From assembly GCF_032444005.1 (NCBI RefSeq), contig NC_091288.1, forward strand, positions 55,862,001-55,926,000: 64,000 bases of DNA, read 5' to 3'. A model generated the notes under the pieces. It was not told the DNA's origin. It ran no database searches and was given only the letters and a program-made list of their open reading frames with translations. Both the position numbers and the translations under genes were made by a program. This DNA is from Ranitomeya imitator. Lineage: Eukaryota. Below are positions 14,378-25,987 of this stretch, piece by piece (within the stretch, counting starts at the first letter, position 1; each line of letters begins with the position of its first letter).

Positions 14378-14603
14378 CCTATCCCAAACACACCCCTAAC
14401 CCTAATCCCAACCATAACCCTAACCACACCCCTAACCCTAATCCCAACCGTAAATGTAATCCAAACCCTAACTTTAGCCCCAACCCTAACCGTAACTTTA
14501 GCCCCAACCCTAACTTTAGCCCCAGCCCTAACTTTAGCCCTAACCCTAACTGTAGCCCTAACCCTTGCCCCAACCCTAACCCTAGCCCCAACCCTAGCCC
14601 TAA
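14378..14603. repeat. Degenerate telomere-like (CCCTAA)n array
   Basis: About 35 hexamers (CCCTAA, CCCCAA, CTTTAG variants); TTAGGG-type on the minus strand. Confidence 0.8.
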
Positions 14604-16067
14604 TGGGAAAATGGAAATACATTTTTATTTTTTTATGTTTCCCTAGCTAAGGGGGTGATGAAGAGGGGTTTGATTTACTTTTATAGCAGGTTTTTTAGCG
14701 GATTTTTTGTTTGGCAGCCATCACACACTGAAAGACGCTTTTTATTGCAAAAAATATTTTTTTTGCGTTACCACATTTTGAGACCTATAATTTTTCCATC
14801 TTTTGGTCCACATAATCATGTTAGGTCTTGTTTTTTGCGGGACGAGTTGACGTTTTTATTGGTACCATTTTTGGGCATGTGACATTTTTTGATCGCTTTT
14901 TATTCCGATTTTTGTGAGGCAGAATGACCAAAAACCAGCTATTCATGAATTTCTTTTTGGGGGGGCGTTTATACCGTTCCACGTTTGGTAAAATGGATAA
15001 AGCAGTTTTATTCTTCGGGTCAGTACGATTACAGCGATACCTCATTTAGATTATTTTTTAATGTTTTGGCGCTTTTATACGATAAAAACTATTTTAGAGA
15101 AAAAATAATTGTTTTTGCATCGCTTTTTTCTGAGAGCTATAACTTTTTTATTTTTTTGCTGATGATGCTGTATGGAGGCTCGTTTTTTGCGGGACAAGAT
15201 GATGTTTTCAGGGGTACCATGGTTATTTATATCCATCTTTTTGATCGCGTGTTATTCCACTTTTTGTTCGGCGGTATGATAATAAAGCATTGTTTTTTGC
15301 CTCGTTTTTTTTTTTACAGTGTTCACTGAAGGGGTTAACTAGTGGGCCAGTTTTATAGGTCGGGTCGTTACGGACGCGGCGATACTAAATATGTGTACTT
15401 TATTGTTTTTTATTATTATTTAAAGAAATGTATTTATGGGAACAATATTTTTTTTTCTTCATTTATTTTTTTTTTTTTTACACATTTAAAATTTTTTTTT
15501 TAACTTTTTTACTTTGTCCCAGGGGGGCATCACAGTGCTCTGCAAAGTGTCAGATCAGCGATCTGACGTGCACAGCAGTGAGGCTTCCCGGCGCCTGCTC
15601 TGAGCAGGCACTTGGTAAGCCACCTCCCTGCAGGACCCGGAAGTAGCCGCGTGGCCATTTTGGATCCGGGGCAGGGAGGAGACGCTCGGTACAAGGTGAG
15701 CACATCGCCTTGTACCGATCGTCTCAGGGAAGCACGCAGGGAGCCCCCTCCCTGCGCGATGCTTCCCTGTACCGCCGGAACACTGCGATCATGTTTGATC
15801 GCAGTGTGCCGGGTGTTAATGTGCCGGGAGCGGTCCGTGACAGCTCCTGGCACATAGTGCGATAGTCAGCTGACACCTGGCCGCGCTCCAGTGAGCGCGG
15901 CCGATCGCTATGACGTACTATCCCATCACTGGGAATTAAGTCCCAGGTCACCTTGACGGGATAGTACGTCATATGGAATTAAGGGGTTAATGGTGCTATA
16001 TAAATAAATAATAATAATGAAGCAGTCAGGTGATGTGTATTTGTGTTTAGACAGTGGAGAGGTCTAA

Positions 16068-16792
16068 AGGTACCTTCACACATAACGATATTGTTAACGA
16101 TATCGTTGCTATTTGTGACGTAGCAACGATATCGTTAATGAAATCGTTATGTGTGACAGCGACCAACGATCAGGCCCCTGCTGGGAGATCGTTGGTCGCT
16201 GAATAAAGTCCAGAACTTTATTTCGTCGCTGGACTCCTGCTGACATCGCTGGATCGGCGTGTGTGACACCGATCCAGCGATGTCTTCACTGGTAACCAGG
16301 GTAAACATCGGGTAACTAAGCGCAGGGCCGCGCTTAGTAACCCGATGTTTACCCTGGTTACCATGCTAAAAGTAAAAAAAAACAAACACTACATACTTAC
16401 CTAACGCTGTCTGTCCTCCAGCGCTGCGCTCTGCACTCCTCCTGTACTGGCTGTGAGCCGGAAAGCAGAGCGGTGACGTCACCGCTCTGCTTTCTGGCTC
16501 CCAGACAGTACAAGAGGAGACCAGAGAAGCAGAGCGCAGCGCTGGAGGACAGACAGCGTTAGGTAAGTATGTAGTGTTTGTTTTTTTTTACTTTTAGCAT
16601 GGTAACCAGGGTAAACATCGGGTTACTAAGCGCGGCCCTGCGCTTAGTTACCCGATGTTTACCCTGGTTACCGGCATCGTTGGTCGCTGGAGAGCGGTCT
16701 GTGTGACAGCTCTCCAGCGACCAAACAGCGACGCTGCAGCGATCCGGATCGTTGTCGGTATCGCTGCAGCGTCGCTTAATGTGAAGGGGCCT
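16068..16792. mobile_element. Harbinger-type palindromic MITE
   Basis: Ends AGGTACCTTCACAC ... GTGAAGGGGCCT; long internal inverted repeats; TWA-type flanks. Confidence 0.75.
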
Positions 16793-16795
16793 TAA

Positions 16796-17153
16796 GGGTA
16801 TGTGCACATGTTACGGATTCGTGTGCGTATTTTTCCGCTCGGAATCTTAAAAATCCGCAGGTAAAATGCAGGGCGTTTTACCTGCAGATTTACCGCGGTT
16901 TATGTGCGGCTTTCACTTGCGTTTTCACACCTGCGGATTCCAATTATGGATCAGGTGTAAAACACTGCGGAATCTGCACAAAGAATTGACATGCTGCGGA
17001 AAATAAACCGCAGCGTTTCTGCGCTGTATTTTCCGCAGCATGGGCACTGTGGATTTGGTTATCATAGGCTTACATGCTACTGTACAACGCATGGAAAACT
17101 GCTGCGAATCCGCAGCGGATCAGCAGCCAAATCCGCCACGTGTGCACATAGCC
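16796..17153. mobile_element. MITE of the GGCTATGTGCACAC-TIR family
   Basis: GGGTATGTGCACA ... TGTGCACATAGCC inverted termini; abuts the previous MITE. Confidence 0.75.
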
Positions 17154-17249
17154 TCAGGACACAACACCCTTTATCAAAATGTCAAAATGCAGAATTATTA
17201 GGCATCTTGTTTTCCTCAGGAAAAATTGACCAAAAAAAGAATTAACTGA

Positions 17250-18576
17250 CATAAAAAATGTTGAAGATTGTTACAAGTGTCACAGAAGGAGGCAACATTC
17301 TTGAGATTGCGAAGTTATTAGGGCAATTACAGAACCATCTCAAGTTTTGTTGCAAATAGTAAACAGGGTCTCAAAAAACTCACATTATCTGCCAAAGATT
17401 TGAAAGAAATAAAACGTGAAGCAACCAAAATGCTATTATCCTCCAGTACTGTCGTATTCCAGAACTGCAGCCTCTATGGAGGGCAAAGTACAAGGTGTTC
17501 AGTGCTCAGAGACACGGCCAAGGTAAGGAGGCTGAACCCCGACCACCACTGAATAAGACACAGAACTGGAAACACACAAGACTGGGCCAAGAAATATCCG
17601 AAGACAGACTTTCTAAGGTTTTAAGAACTGAAGAGATAAGTGTGACTCATCATAGATGGATGGGCATGTGGCTGGTTCAATGGGCAAAGACCTCCACTTC
17701 GACTGAGATGCCAGCACGATGGAGATGGGGTACTGCTATGAGCTAGTTGGACCATTTTAAATTGAAGATGGACACAAAGTCAACTCCCAAACCTCCTGCC
17801 AGTTTTAGCAGACACTTTCTTCAATCACTGGAAGAGGAAAGTCTGCATTTTTCAAGAGAACCATGATTTTTATACAGGACATTGCTCCATCGCAGAATCG
17901 AAGGTTCCACTGCTTGGCTACCAGTAAAGACTTTAACCCCTTCATGACCTTTGACGTATATTTCCGCCAAAGGTAGCGTTCCTGCCTTTGATGTGGTCCA
18001 CACGCCAAACCCACATCTTTCCCCGCACCTGATACTGAAGCACCGTTATGTATAGCACAGGTGATCCGACGATCAATTAAGTCTCCTCAGGGGACTATTG
18101 AAGTGAGTCTAAAGTAAGACAGAAAGTTTTTAAAAATATAAAAATAAATAAAAATTCAAATCATCCCATTTTTTTTTACATTAAAATGAAAACAATTAAA
18201 AAAAAAATACACATATTTAGGTATCGCTGCATTCAGAAAAGTCCAATCTATCAAAATATAAAATAAATTAATCCGATTGGTAAACAGCGTAACGAGAAAA
18301 AATAGCAAAATGCCAGAAATGCCGGCACAACGTTGGAATAAAATGCAATAAGATGAGATTAAAACATCGCATCTGTCCCAAAATGGTATCAGTAAAAATG
18401 TCAGCTCAGGGAGCAAAAAATAAGGGGGCACAGCGAGCATGTGGGCACACCAAATTTACACTGTTGTACAAGTTGTCCACGGACTACTTTACATTGTATC
18501 AAAGTGTCCCATGAACAGATATAATAAAATATTTACAAAAATGCGAGAGGTGTACTAACTTTTGTGAGATACTGTA
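17250..18576 (+). mobile_element. Degraded Tc1 relic interrupted by a piggyBac-like fragment (17937-~18420)
   Basis: Transposase-like remnants; Tc1-like end AACTTTTGTGAGATACTGTA at about 18557-18576; TTAA|CCCCTTCATGACC at 17933. Boundaries approximate. Confidence 0.55.
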
Positions 18577-18832
18577 TGTACACAGCCAATAATGATGCCC
18601 AATTTAATTTTTAACATAACAATTTGACATTGCATTTGTGTGTGGATTTCTTAACCAATGATTTTTTTGTTTAGTGTGGGGGTGAGGAGGTAAAAGGCCA
18701 TTGCAGGTCCTGCTTCTGCTTTAGCATCACTTTTGGGAAAAATGTACCGTATATGTTTGTGTAATTCACTTATTTTGGGTAAAGAAAAACCATGATCTCT
18801 GGTTTTCCAAAAAAACCTGTAGAACACACGTC

Positions 18833-18838
18833 TTTATT
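18833..18838 (-). terminator. DUSP19: Candidate DUSP19 polyadenylation signal AATAAA
   Basis: AATAAA on the minus strand about 64 nt downstream of the stop codon. Confidence 0.4.
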
Positions 18839-18901
18839 TTAAAAAAAACAACAACAACACAACAATTAGGACACAAACACAAAGAGGAAGTTAAAGTCCA
18901 G

Positions 18902-19126
18902 TCAATCTGTTTTTTCATGGATAGTATCTGTTAGTTTTTTACTGTAGTCTTGATACTTGTGGAGCTGTTCCATAAATCCAGGATTTGGACACACCGCTGG
19001 TCTTGCATTTTTTACAACTGAAAATGCTCTGGCAAAATTAAGCTTCTCCGTGTACATCAAATAACCAATGACTATTGCTGGTGCGCGGGACACTCCTGCA
19101 TTGCAGTGGACTAGCACCACTCCATT
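18902..19126 (-). CDS. DUSP19: Dual specificity phosphatase 19, coding exon 4
   Basis: Acceptor tttttacAG; [24 protein letters not shown]...[10 protein letters not shown] with the HCxxGxxR catalytic loop. Confidence 0.95.
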   Translation of the reverse strand, partial: NGVVLVHCNAGVSRAPAIVIGYLMYTEKLNFARAFSVVKNARPAVCPNPGFMEQLHKYQDYSKKLTDTIHEKTD

Positions 19127-20198
19127 CTGTAAAAAAAAAAAAAAAGTTGCATGAAAACAATGATTGGTACATGTATGTCCACATCTACGAGTACAAGGAG
19201 CCTGTATCACAAAATGCATGTTGCCAACGATCATATTACAGACACATGCATGGCTCTGTGTTCTTCTTGATGGTGCCTCCATGAAGCAGGTCCCTCTATA
19301 GGGCTCTTTCACACGTCAGTGTGTCCGGTACACGTGGTGACAGTTTTCACACGTACCAGAGACACTTACACAGGTAGACCAATTCAAATGAATGGGTACA
19401 TGTCAGTGTGTTTCCACGGACCGTGTGTGAGCGCAGCATCATTGACCAGCGGTGACATCATCGAGGTTCCCAGCCGGGCTGAACTGCGGTGACCTCAGGA
19501 CCGTGGGAAAATGCCAATGATGAGGTCACCGCAGTTCAAGCTCAGTGTCTTCACAGCAGATCACCCTGAGAATCATTGACTTTTTTTGCAGTTCACTCCA
19601 TGCAGGAGGCCAGAACCGTACAGGGGACAGTAAGCATTAGTTCTTTTTTTTCTACACCTTACATTTAATTGTGTTGTGGAGTCTCGTCAGACTCTTCACC
19701 CCATCGTGCACCCGTGTATGTATGGAATGGGCTCAGGCGCTGTGCCCTCTCCATACTTGGCAGAGGCTGGCTGTAATTCATAGCTGGCATCTGCATGTAA
19801 CAGAAGTGATCTGCGCTAGCTGCCATCACTGTTTAACTATGTAAATGCCACTGTCAATCTCTGACAGCACCATTTAAATAGCGCAAATCAGTTTGGTATT
19901 TGGATCCGTATACAGACCATGAAACACAGCGATTTAAACCCGGCCTATACCTGACTAGGCCCCATATGTAAACTATGCTAATTGTATACAGTGATTGAAC
20001 GATGGTTGGGTGAGTGAAGGGCCATGAAAGTCTTGGCATGAACTATTAGTACTAGTTATGATTAGGCAGCCACTGTAGTTCTTTTTTGGAATACTGACAA
20101 ATTTCTAGTTCCCTGCACGTGACTGTGGAGTTGGCACCATTGGAGAGTTTTTTTTGGGGGGAGGGGGCACAAAATACTAATCAAATCTTCACTTTTTA

Positions 20199-21096
20199 GG
20201 CTATGTGCACACATCCGGAATTGCCGCAAAAATTTCCACGGCAATTCCGCAACTCCTACCGCGGGTAAGATGCATGCGGAATTGGCATGCGTTTTCCTGC
20301 TAAACACTAACTTTTTGCAAGCGTAATTAGCTTGCAGAATGCTAGCATTTTACAAGCAATCTGTAGCATCGCTTGGAAAACTGATTGACAGGTTGGTCAC
20401 ACTTGTCAAACATAGTGTTTGACAAGTGTGACCAACTTTTTACTATTGATGCTGCCTATGTAGCATCAATAGTAAAATATCTAATGTTAAAAATAAAAAA
20501 TCGTGATATTCTCACCTTCCGGCGGCCCCTGCAGCCTTCCCGCTCCTCGCAATGGTCCCGTTCCCAGTAATGCCTCATGGCAATGACCCCAGATGACGTA
20601 GCATCACGCGAGACCTTACGTCACCACAGGTCATTGCCATGAGGTATTACTGGGAACTGGAGCATTGCGAGGAGCGGGAAGGCTGCCGGGGCCGCCGGAA
20701 GGTGAGAATATCACGATTTTTAATTCTTTTTTTTTCTACAAGTATATGGTTCCCAGGGCCTGGAGCAGAGTCTCCTCTCCTCCACCCTGGGTACCAACCG
20801 CACATGATCTGCTTACTTCCCGCATGTTGGGCATAGCCACATGCGGAAAGTAAGCCAATCAATGCATTCCTACGTGTGCGGAATCCCCACGATTCCGCAC
20901 AAAGAATGAACATGCTGCGTTTTTTTTCCGGAATGCGATTCCGCCGCAGAAAAAAACGCAACATGTGCACAAAAAGTGCAGATTGCATTCTAATAATAGG
21001 ATGCTTAATGTATGCGTTTTTTTTCGCTTTTATTGCGTTTTTATAGCAGCAAACCGTCGAAAAAACACAAAAAATCCTGAACGTGTGCACACAGCC
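20199..21096. mobile_element. Palindromic MITE in DUSP19 intron 3
   Basis: GGCTATGTGCACAC / GTGTGCACACAGCC termini; TTA/TAA flanks; central hairpin with arms of about 110 bp (20490-20720). Confidence 0.8.
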
Positions 21097-21146
21097 TAAA
21101 AGTTTTTTTCCAAATTGTGCATTGATGACTAATGGAATTCCTAAAA

Positions 21147-21213
<67 letters not shown>
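21147..21213. repeat. (CA)n microsatellite
   Basis: About 33 perfect CA units. Confidence 0.95.
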
Positions 21214-21215
<2 letters not shown>

Positions 21216-23881
21216 AAGGATTAGAGGAATTCTCAGCAGTTGGACGCCCGCCGATTACATACTTAATGCATATTCGTTTGGAATTTGAAAATAATAAGTA
21301 ATTTAGTTATTAAAGTCATGTTTGTGGGGATCTTAAGGCAATAGTTTTTCATGCATTATGTAACAAATTCATGAGTTAATTGGATAATAGCTGATTAAAT
21401 ATTCATTCTTTCTACACTTCACAAAATTGTATAACGGCTTTTGTAATTGGAAAGTTCCCTTTCACACCGTACTGAGTGATGGAATCACTGAAGGCTTTTC
21501 GGTGTGTCCACACATGTATACAAAACGGAAAACTTCTACGTGTCAGCGATGGTATGTAACCCGAGTGAGGTCGTTATGCAAAGTGGGATTCAGATGTCCT
21601 GTAAAGTATTCTTCACAGGGAAAGAGAACACCGCACATAACAAAGAGCAGTGCAATCTAATCTCCCAAGATGGTAATCTATGATAAATAATCCACATTAG
21701 ATCTGATGAGAAGTTAATCCAATAAAAAGCCGGGAACCCATAATGTTTGGTAATGAATACCTGGAATTACTCAGAGGTCTTTGGAGGGTTAGAAGCTGAA
21801 AGAATACACAAGTGTCAGCCATACTCCCAACCTCTAGTCCCTTGAGCATCATAACAGTAAATTAATACATTAATATTCCACTCATTATATGGCACCAACA
21901 TATGCCACATGATTGTGGTCACTCACATCTCTACCTGTCCACAGTAGGACTGTTTTTTTTGAAAAAATGGTGGGGACAAAAGACCAGAGGTCACTCGTAC
22001 ATAGACTATACAAGTTTTGGAGTCGGGAAAGGCTACAATGCCCTCAAAATAGACCAGCTCCGTTTCTTTATGGCTTCCTCCAACCCCCTTTCAGCAGGGA
22101 TGTCTTGACAGACTGTAGTGAATAAGATTGAGCCCCTGCGAAGAATAAAAGGGGGGGACACAGAGATCACTGCTGCATGTGGAAGGCACCGGCCGCCTGT
22201 CAGGTTAATTCGTGAATTAATTTGTATTGATCTAGACTTCACTCGGGGGGGAAGGAACATGAATTATGTGGGTGGTTCAGGCTAGAGGGGTGAAGAACTA
22301 TGGGGGTCCAGTCACATGTCAACATGTCAGATGATCCATGCTGCCCAAACCACAGGCAGCATTAGTCGAAGGCAGCCTGGCTGCATGACTGCAGAAAAGT
22401 ATATTTTTCTATAAAAAGTTCCAGCATTTCAGAGAAATTATAGTTAGAAGATACGGGGACTATAGCCGGCGATGAGCGTAGTCCAGTACCGCCCCCAGCT
22501 GGCACTTTTGAGAGCCGCTCCAGATGATTGACAGGTCTCTCCCTTGCGTGTACAGAGGAACAAAAGTGTCAATCACCTGCTGCAGCTCTGGTAGGAGCCG
22601 GCCAGGGCAGAGTCAGATTCGTCTTGTCTGTGCCTATAGTTTCCTACTGGATCCTCAATTATATTTCCTCTGAAATGCTGGAGCACATCAGAGAATACTA
22701 TATATAAAGATTCAACCCGTGGTTAAAGCAGCATAAGTCACCTGATAGGTTCCCCTCTAACAACATAATTTAGTCTGAGGAAAAATCCTTTAAGTATAAT
22801 TTACCGTACATAGATTATAATCCTTTAAAATAATTTCCTCCATTTTCTTATGTTGTTGGGTTGAAAAAAGTTTGGGTTCGGCTAGGTGCAAATGGCAGTA
22901 GTTTCTCTCACCCTAGAGAATCGGGAAGATTATGTAAATTGCACTCTAATCAGAATGTGATCACAGTGTGATCCGATGTTCTCGAATGAGAGTATTGGAG
23001 CACACTGAGGAGAAGATGGAGACAAAAAAATGTCCATCTTCTCCATTGTGTGAGGCTGCAGAAATCGCACAGCACTCAGATGTCATCCGAGTACAGTCTT
23101 TCAGACTGTCATGCACGGCCCAGTGAAATCCAAATATTGGATCAACTTGGACGAGCTGCGATTTTGTCCTCGGATCAACTCTGTCCGTGAAAAAAAAAAA
23201 AGACAGACGTGCATGGCTCCGTATAATAAAAAAAAGACGAGTGCTTTCCATCAAAACGACAGAGAGCACTCATCCAATAATTACGGTCGTCTGTACAAGC
23301 CCTTACCTGCATTTTTGTCAATTAATGAAACGCGTTTTCTGATGCCAGCTCAACTCAGGTGAGAACAATAACACCCAGCTTCGGTGACGGAAGAGTTGGG
23401 GCACTTCCATACAAATGAGATGGTTGGCGGACTTGACAAAATAATCAGGTTCAGCCTACATTTATCTAATGACTATTGCTGCCTTTAGGTCATCGATCAA
23501 ATTATTCTAAGCCCTAGGGCATATGTGTAGCAGGGGCATAGATAGCAGTTGCATACAGGCTGTGATGCCCAAAGGAAGTTTAGGACACCATTACTATAAG
23601 CTGCACATGCTAGATTAAGGAGACCGGTTACAGATCTAGGAGCTTCAAGTTATGTCTCTGTCTAGACCCAGTGAATGGATCAAACACGTGTACGCACTGT
23701 ATAGAAAACAGCATCACCCACAGCCGATTTGCAGACTTGCGCTATAATACATTTTTGATGAAAAGAACTGTGAAGGTAGCATGATGGTAAACAGTTTTAC
23801 ATGCAAGGTGCATTTACTGATAGCCCTTGGGTCATTCTGGGGGTGGTATGGTGCCCAAATGTTCACGATAGCTGTCCTACG

Positions 23882-24412
23882 TAGTGATGAGTGAACGTGC
23901 TGGGATAAGGTGTTATCTGAGCATGTATTATTCGGCGTGCAGCTGCATGTCTCGTGGCTGCATGTGTTGCATCTGTCGAACAGCCACGAGACATGCAGCC
24001 GCGGGGACTCAAACGCATTATTTGAGCAAGCCGAAGAGGCTAGGTTCCCATTGCGTTAATGGGACCGCGCTAACGGACAGCGTTGCACGGCAAAATTAAC
24101 GCTGTGCAACGCGTCCGTTAGCGCGCCCATTAACAGCAATGGGGACGCGCATCGCTAGCGACGTGCCGGTGTTTTGTGGCGCGCCGCGGACGCTGCTTGC
24201 AGCGTCCGAGGCGCGCCCGCGGTCCGTTCCCCGCTCTCGCAGATCGGAGATCTGCGAGAGCGGGGACGTTTAATGCGACCCCTTTATATCACATTGCGTT
24301 AGCGCAATCCGCTAGCGCTAGGTGCTAAACGGATTGCACTAACGCAATCTGAAGCTAGCCTTAGCACCTAACAATGCTCGGATAACACCTAATCCAAGCA
24401 CATTCGCCACTA
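23882..24412. mobile_element. hAT-type MITE with a nested palindromic insert
   Basis: TAGTGATGAG ... CCACTA ends; imperfect 8-bp flanks GTCCTACG / GTCCTAAC; same family as 54414-54722. Confidence 0.6.
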
Positions 24413-24648
24413 GTCCTAACATAAAGAGATATGACTTAGTCTGGGTTCACATTTATACAATGCTCTTTATTAAGCACATCCAAAACCCCGATGTAGTGCT
24501 CCACTGTATAAATGTGAACCCATCCTAAGTAACAAATTCTCTTTACATCAGAGCAGTCTTGTGTGTGATCATGCTTTCCTATCTGTGATGGAAAAAACAG
24601 ACATCATGTTAAAAAGTACTAGGATATGGAACGTAATAAAATGACTAC

Positions 24649-24801
24649 CTGCAGCCTTGCCTCCTCTATGAAAGCAAAGCATTCCGGGAAATGAGAAGAT
24701 AGGTCCGTCTCTGGCAGATCAAGGATGGAAAGTTTCTTATAGGTGAATTCATCTGGAAAAACATTTTCTACTCCATATGCGACATTCAAGATATGTGTGA
24801 C
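24649..24801 (-). CDS. DUSP19: DUSP19 coding exon 3
   Basis: AG/GT boundaries; 153 nt encoding [51 protein letters not shown]. Confidence 0.95.
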
Positions 24802-25880
24802 CTAGACAGAAAAGACCACATGGAACTAAGCTCTGAAATGAAAGGATAAAGTTGAGCAGAAAGATTCACAGGACCCTTGTCGAGCCGCCATGTTGATACC
24901 AGCGGACCGGAGCCTTGCAAACCTCCCCTACCTTTCAGCATTTTCGGCACTTCTTCCGATTAGTAGTCTGGCCATAACGTCACTGAAGATAAACCACTGA
25001 CGTGGCCACTGGACCGGGGTCCTACAAACTTTTTGATGAACTTTAGATACAGACAACTTTATACGGTATATATTAAAAATGTTCCACCGTTTGGCTTTAT
25101 TCTGATGGGACAGTTTTTACTAGCTTTACCTATCTTTTTCTTACCACTTTGAATCCGATTTATGATAACATCAAAGTTTAACTCAACTTTGATGTGATCT
25201 TGGTCATAAATCACATCAAAGGAGCTCAGACAAACTCATCTATGGGACCAGACCAGAAGACTAGCCTTTGTTTCCCACATTAATGAGATTTAGGCCCCTG
25301 TGACCATGATGTCAGATCGCAGTCGTCCATTCTTGGACCACTTCTGGAATGTGCTAGCTACTGGATACTGGTAACGCTCTACAAGACCTGCTGTTTTGGA
25401 GATGCTCTGACCCAGTTATCCAGCCATCGCAATCTAGCCCTTCTCAGATCTATGTCTGCTCATTTTTCCTGCTTATGACACATCTATGTCAACATCTGTG
25501 TATGTGTATAAATCTACATGGAAAATCTGATCCCACTTGTGCTGCAGGCTACATTTATGACAGAATATTGGTATCTGATATCAGTAGCCTTGCCAGTTCC
25601 TTATAATAATAAGCCTCCATTTATTTGGGATAATTTTCCCTTTTACTAAACCCAGGAAAAATTTTGTTGCAAGAATGAAACGTGATTGTCTGGTTGAAGT
25701 AAAACTACCTGAATTGTATCCTTCACCATTTAAAAAGTGCAGATTATCTATCTACAGGACATCCTAAATAATAAATGAGAGCACCAAACGTGTAGATAGA
25801 AGGCTGTAGATGAAGTTTCATTCCCCATGCCCATTACGTTTCTTCACCATTCACCTTGCTATCGGGGACATTTGTTTTAC

Positions 25881-25927
25881 CTGGTACTTTTTCAGTGTAT
25901 CATGGTCCTGGGCAACATCTTGCGACC
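25881..25927 (-). CDS. DUSP19: DUSP19 coding exon 2
   Basis: AG/GT boundaries; 47 nt encoding (G)SQDVAQDHDTLKKYQ; phase fits exons 1 and 3. Confidence 0.92.
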
Positions 25928-25987
25928 CTGGCAAAAGAAGAGTAAAACATCAATGTACAGGACAGGATAGAATATTTTTATACATAA

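Larger units (their letters stand above)
3762..15986. mobile_element. piggyBac-like non-autonomous DNA element with internal satellite-like subrepeats; host of nested Gypsy elements
   Basis: TTAA|CCCCTTAA ... TTAAGGGG|TTAA ends (TTAA at 3758-3761 and 15987-15990); flanks rejoin into a continuous L2 tail; no transposase ORF seen. Confidence 0.7.

Noticed and set aside
14116-14622. Val/Gly/Arg repeat ORFs
   Set aside because: Translation of the telomere-like hexamer array.
19127-19312. N-terminal part of the 136-aa ORF
   Set aside because: Lies upstream of the exon 4 acceptor and is DUSP19 intron 3.
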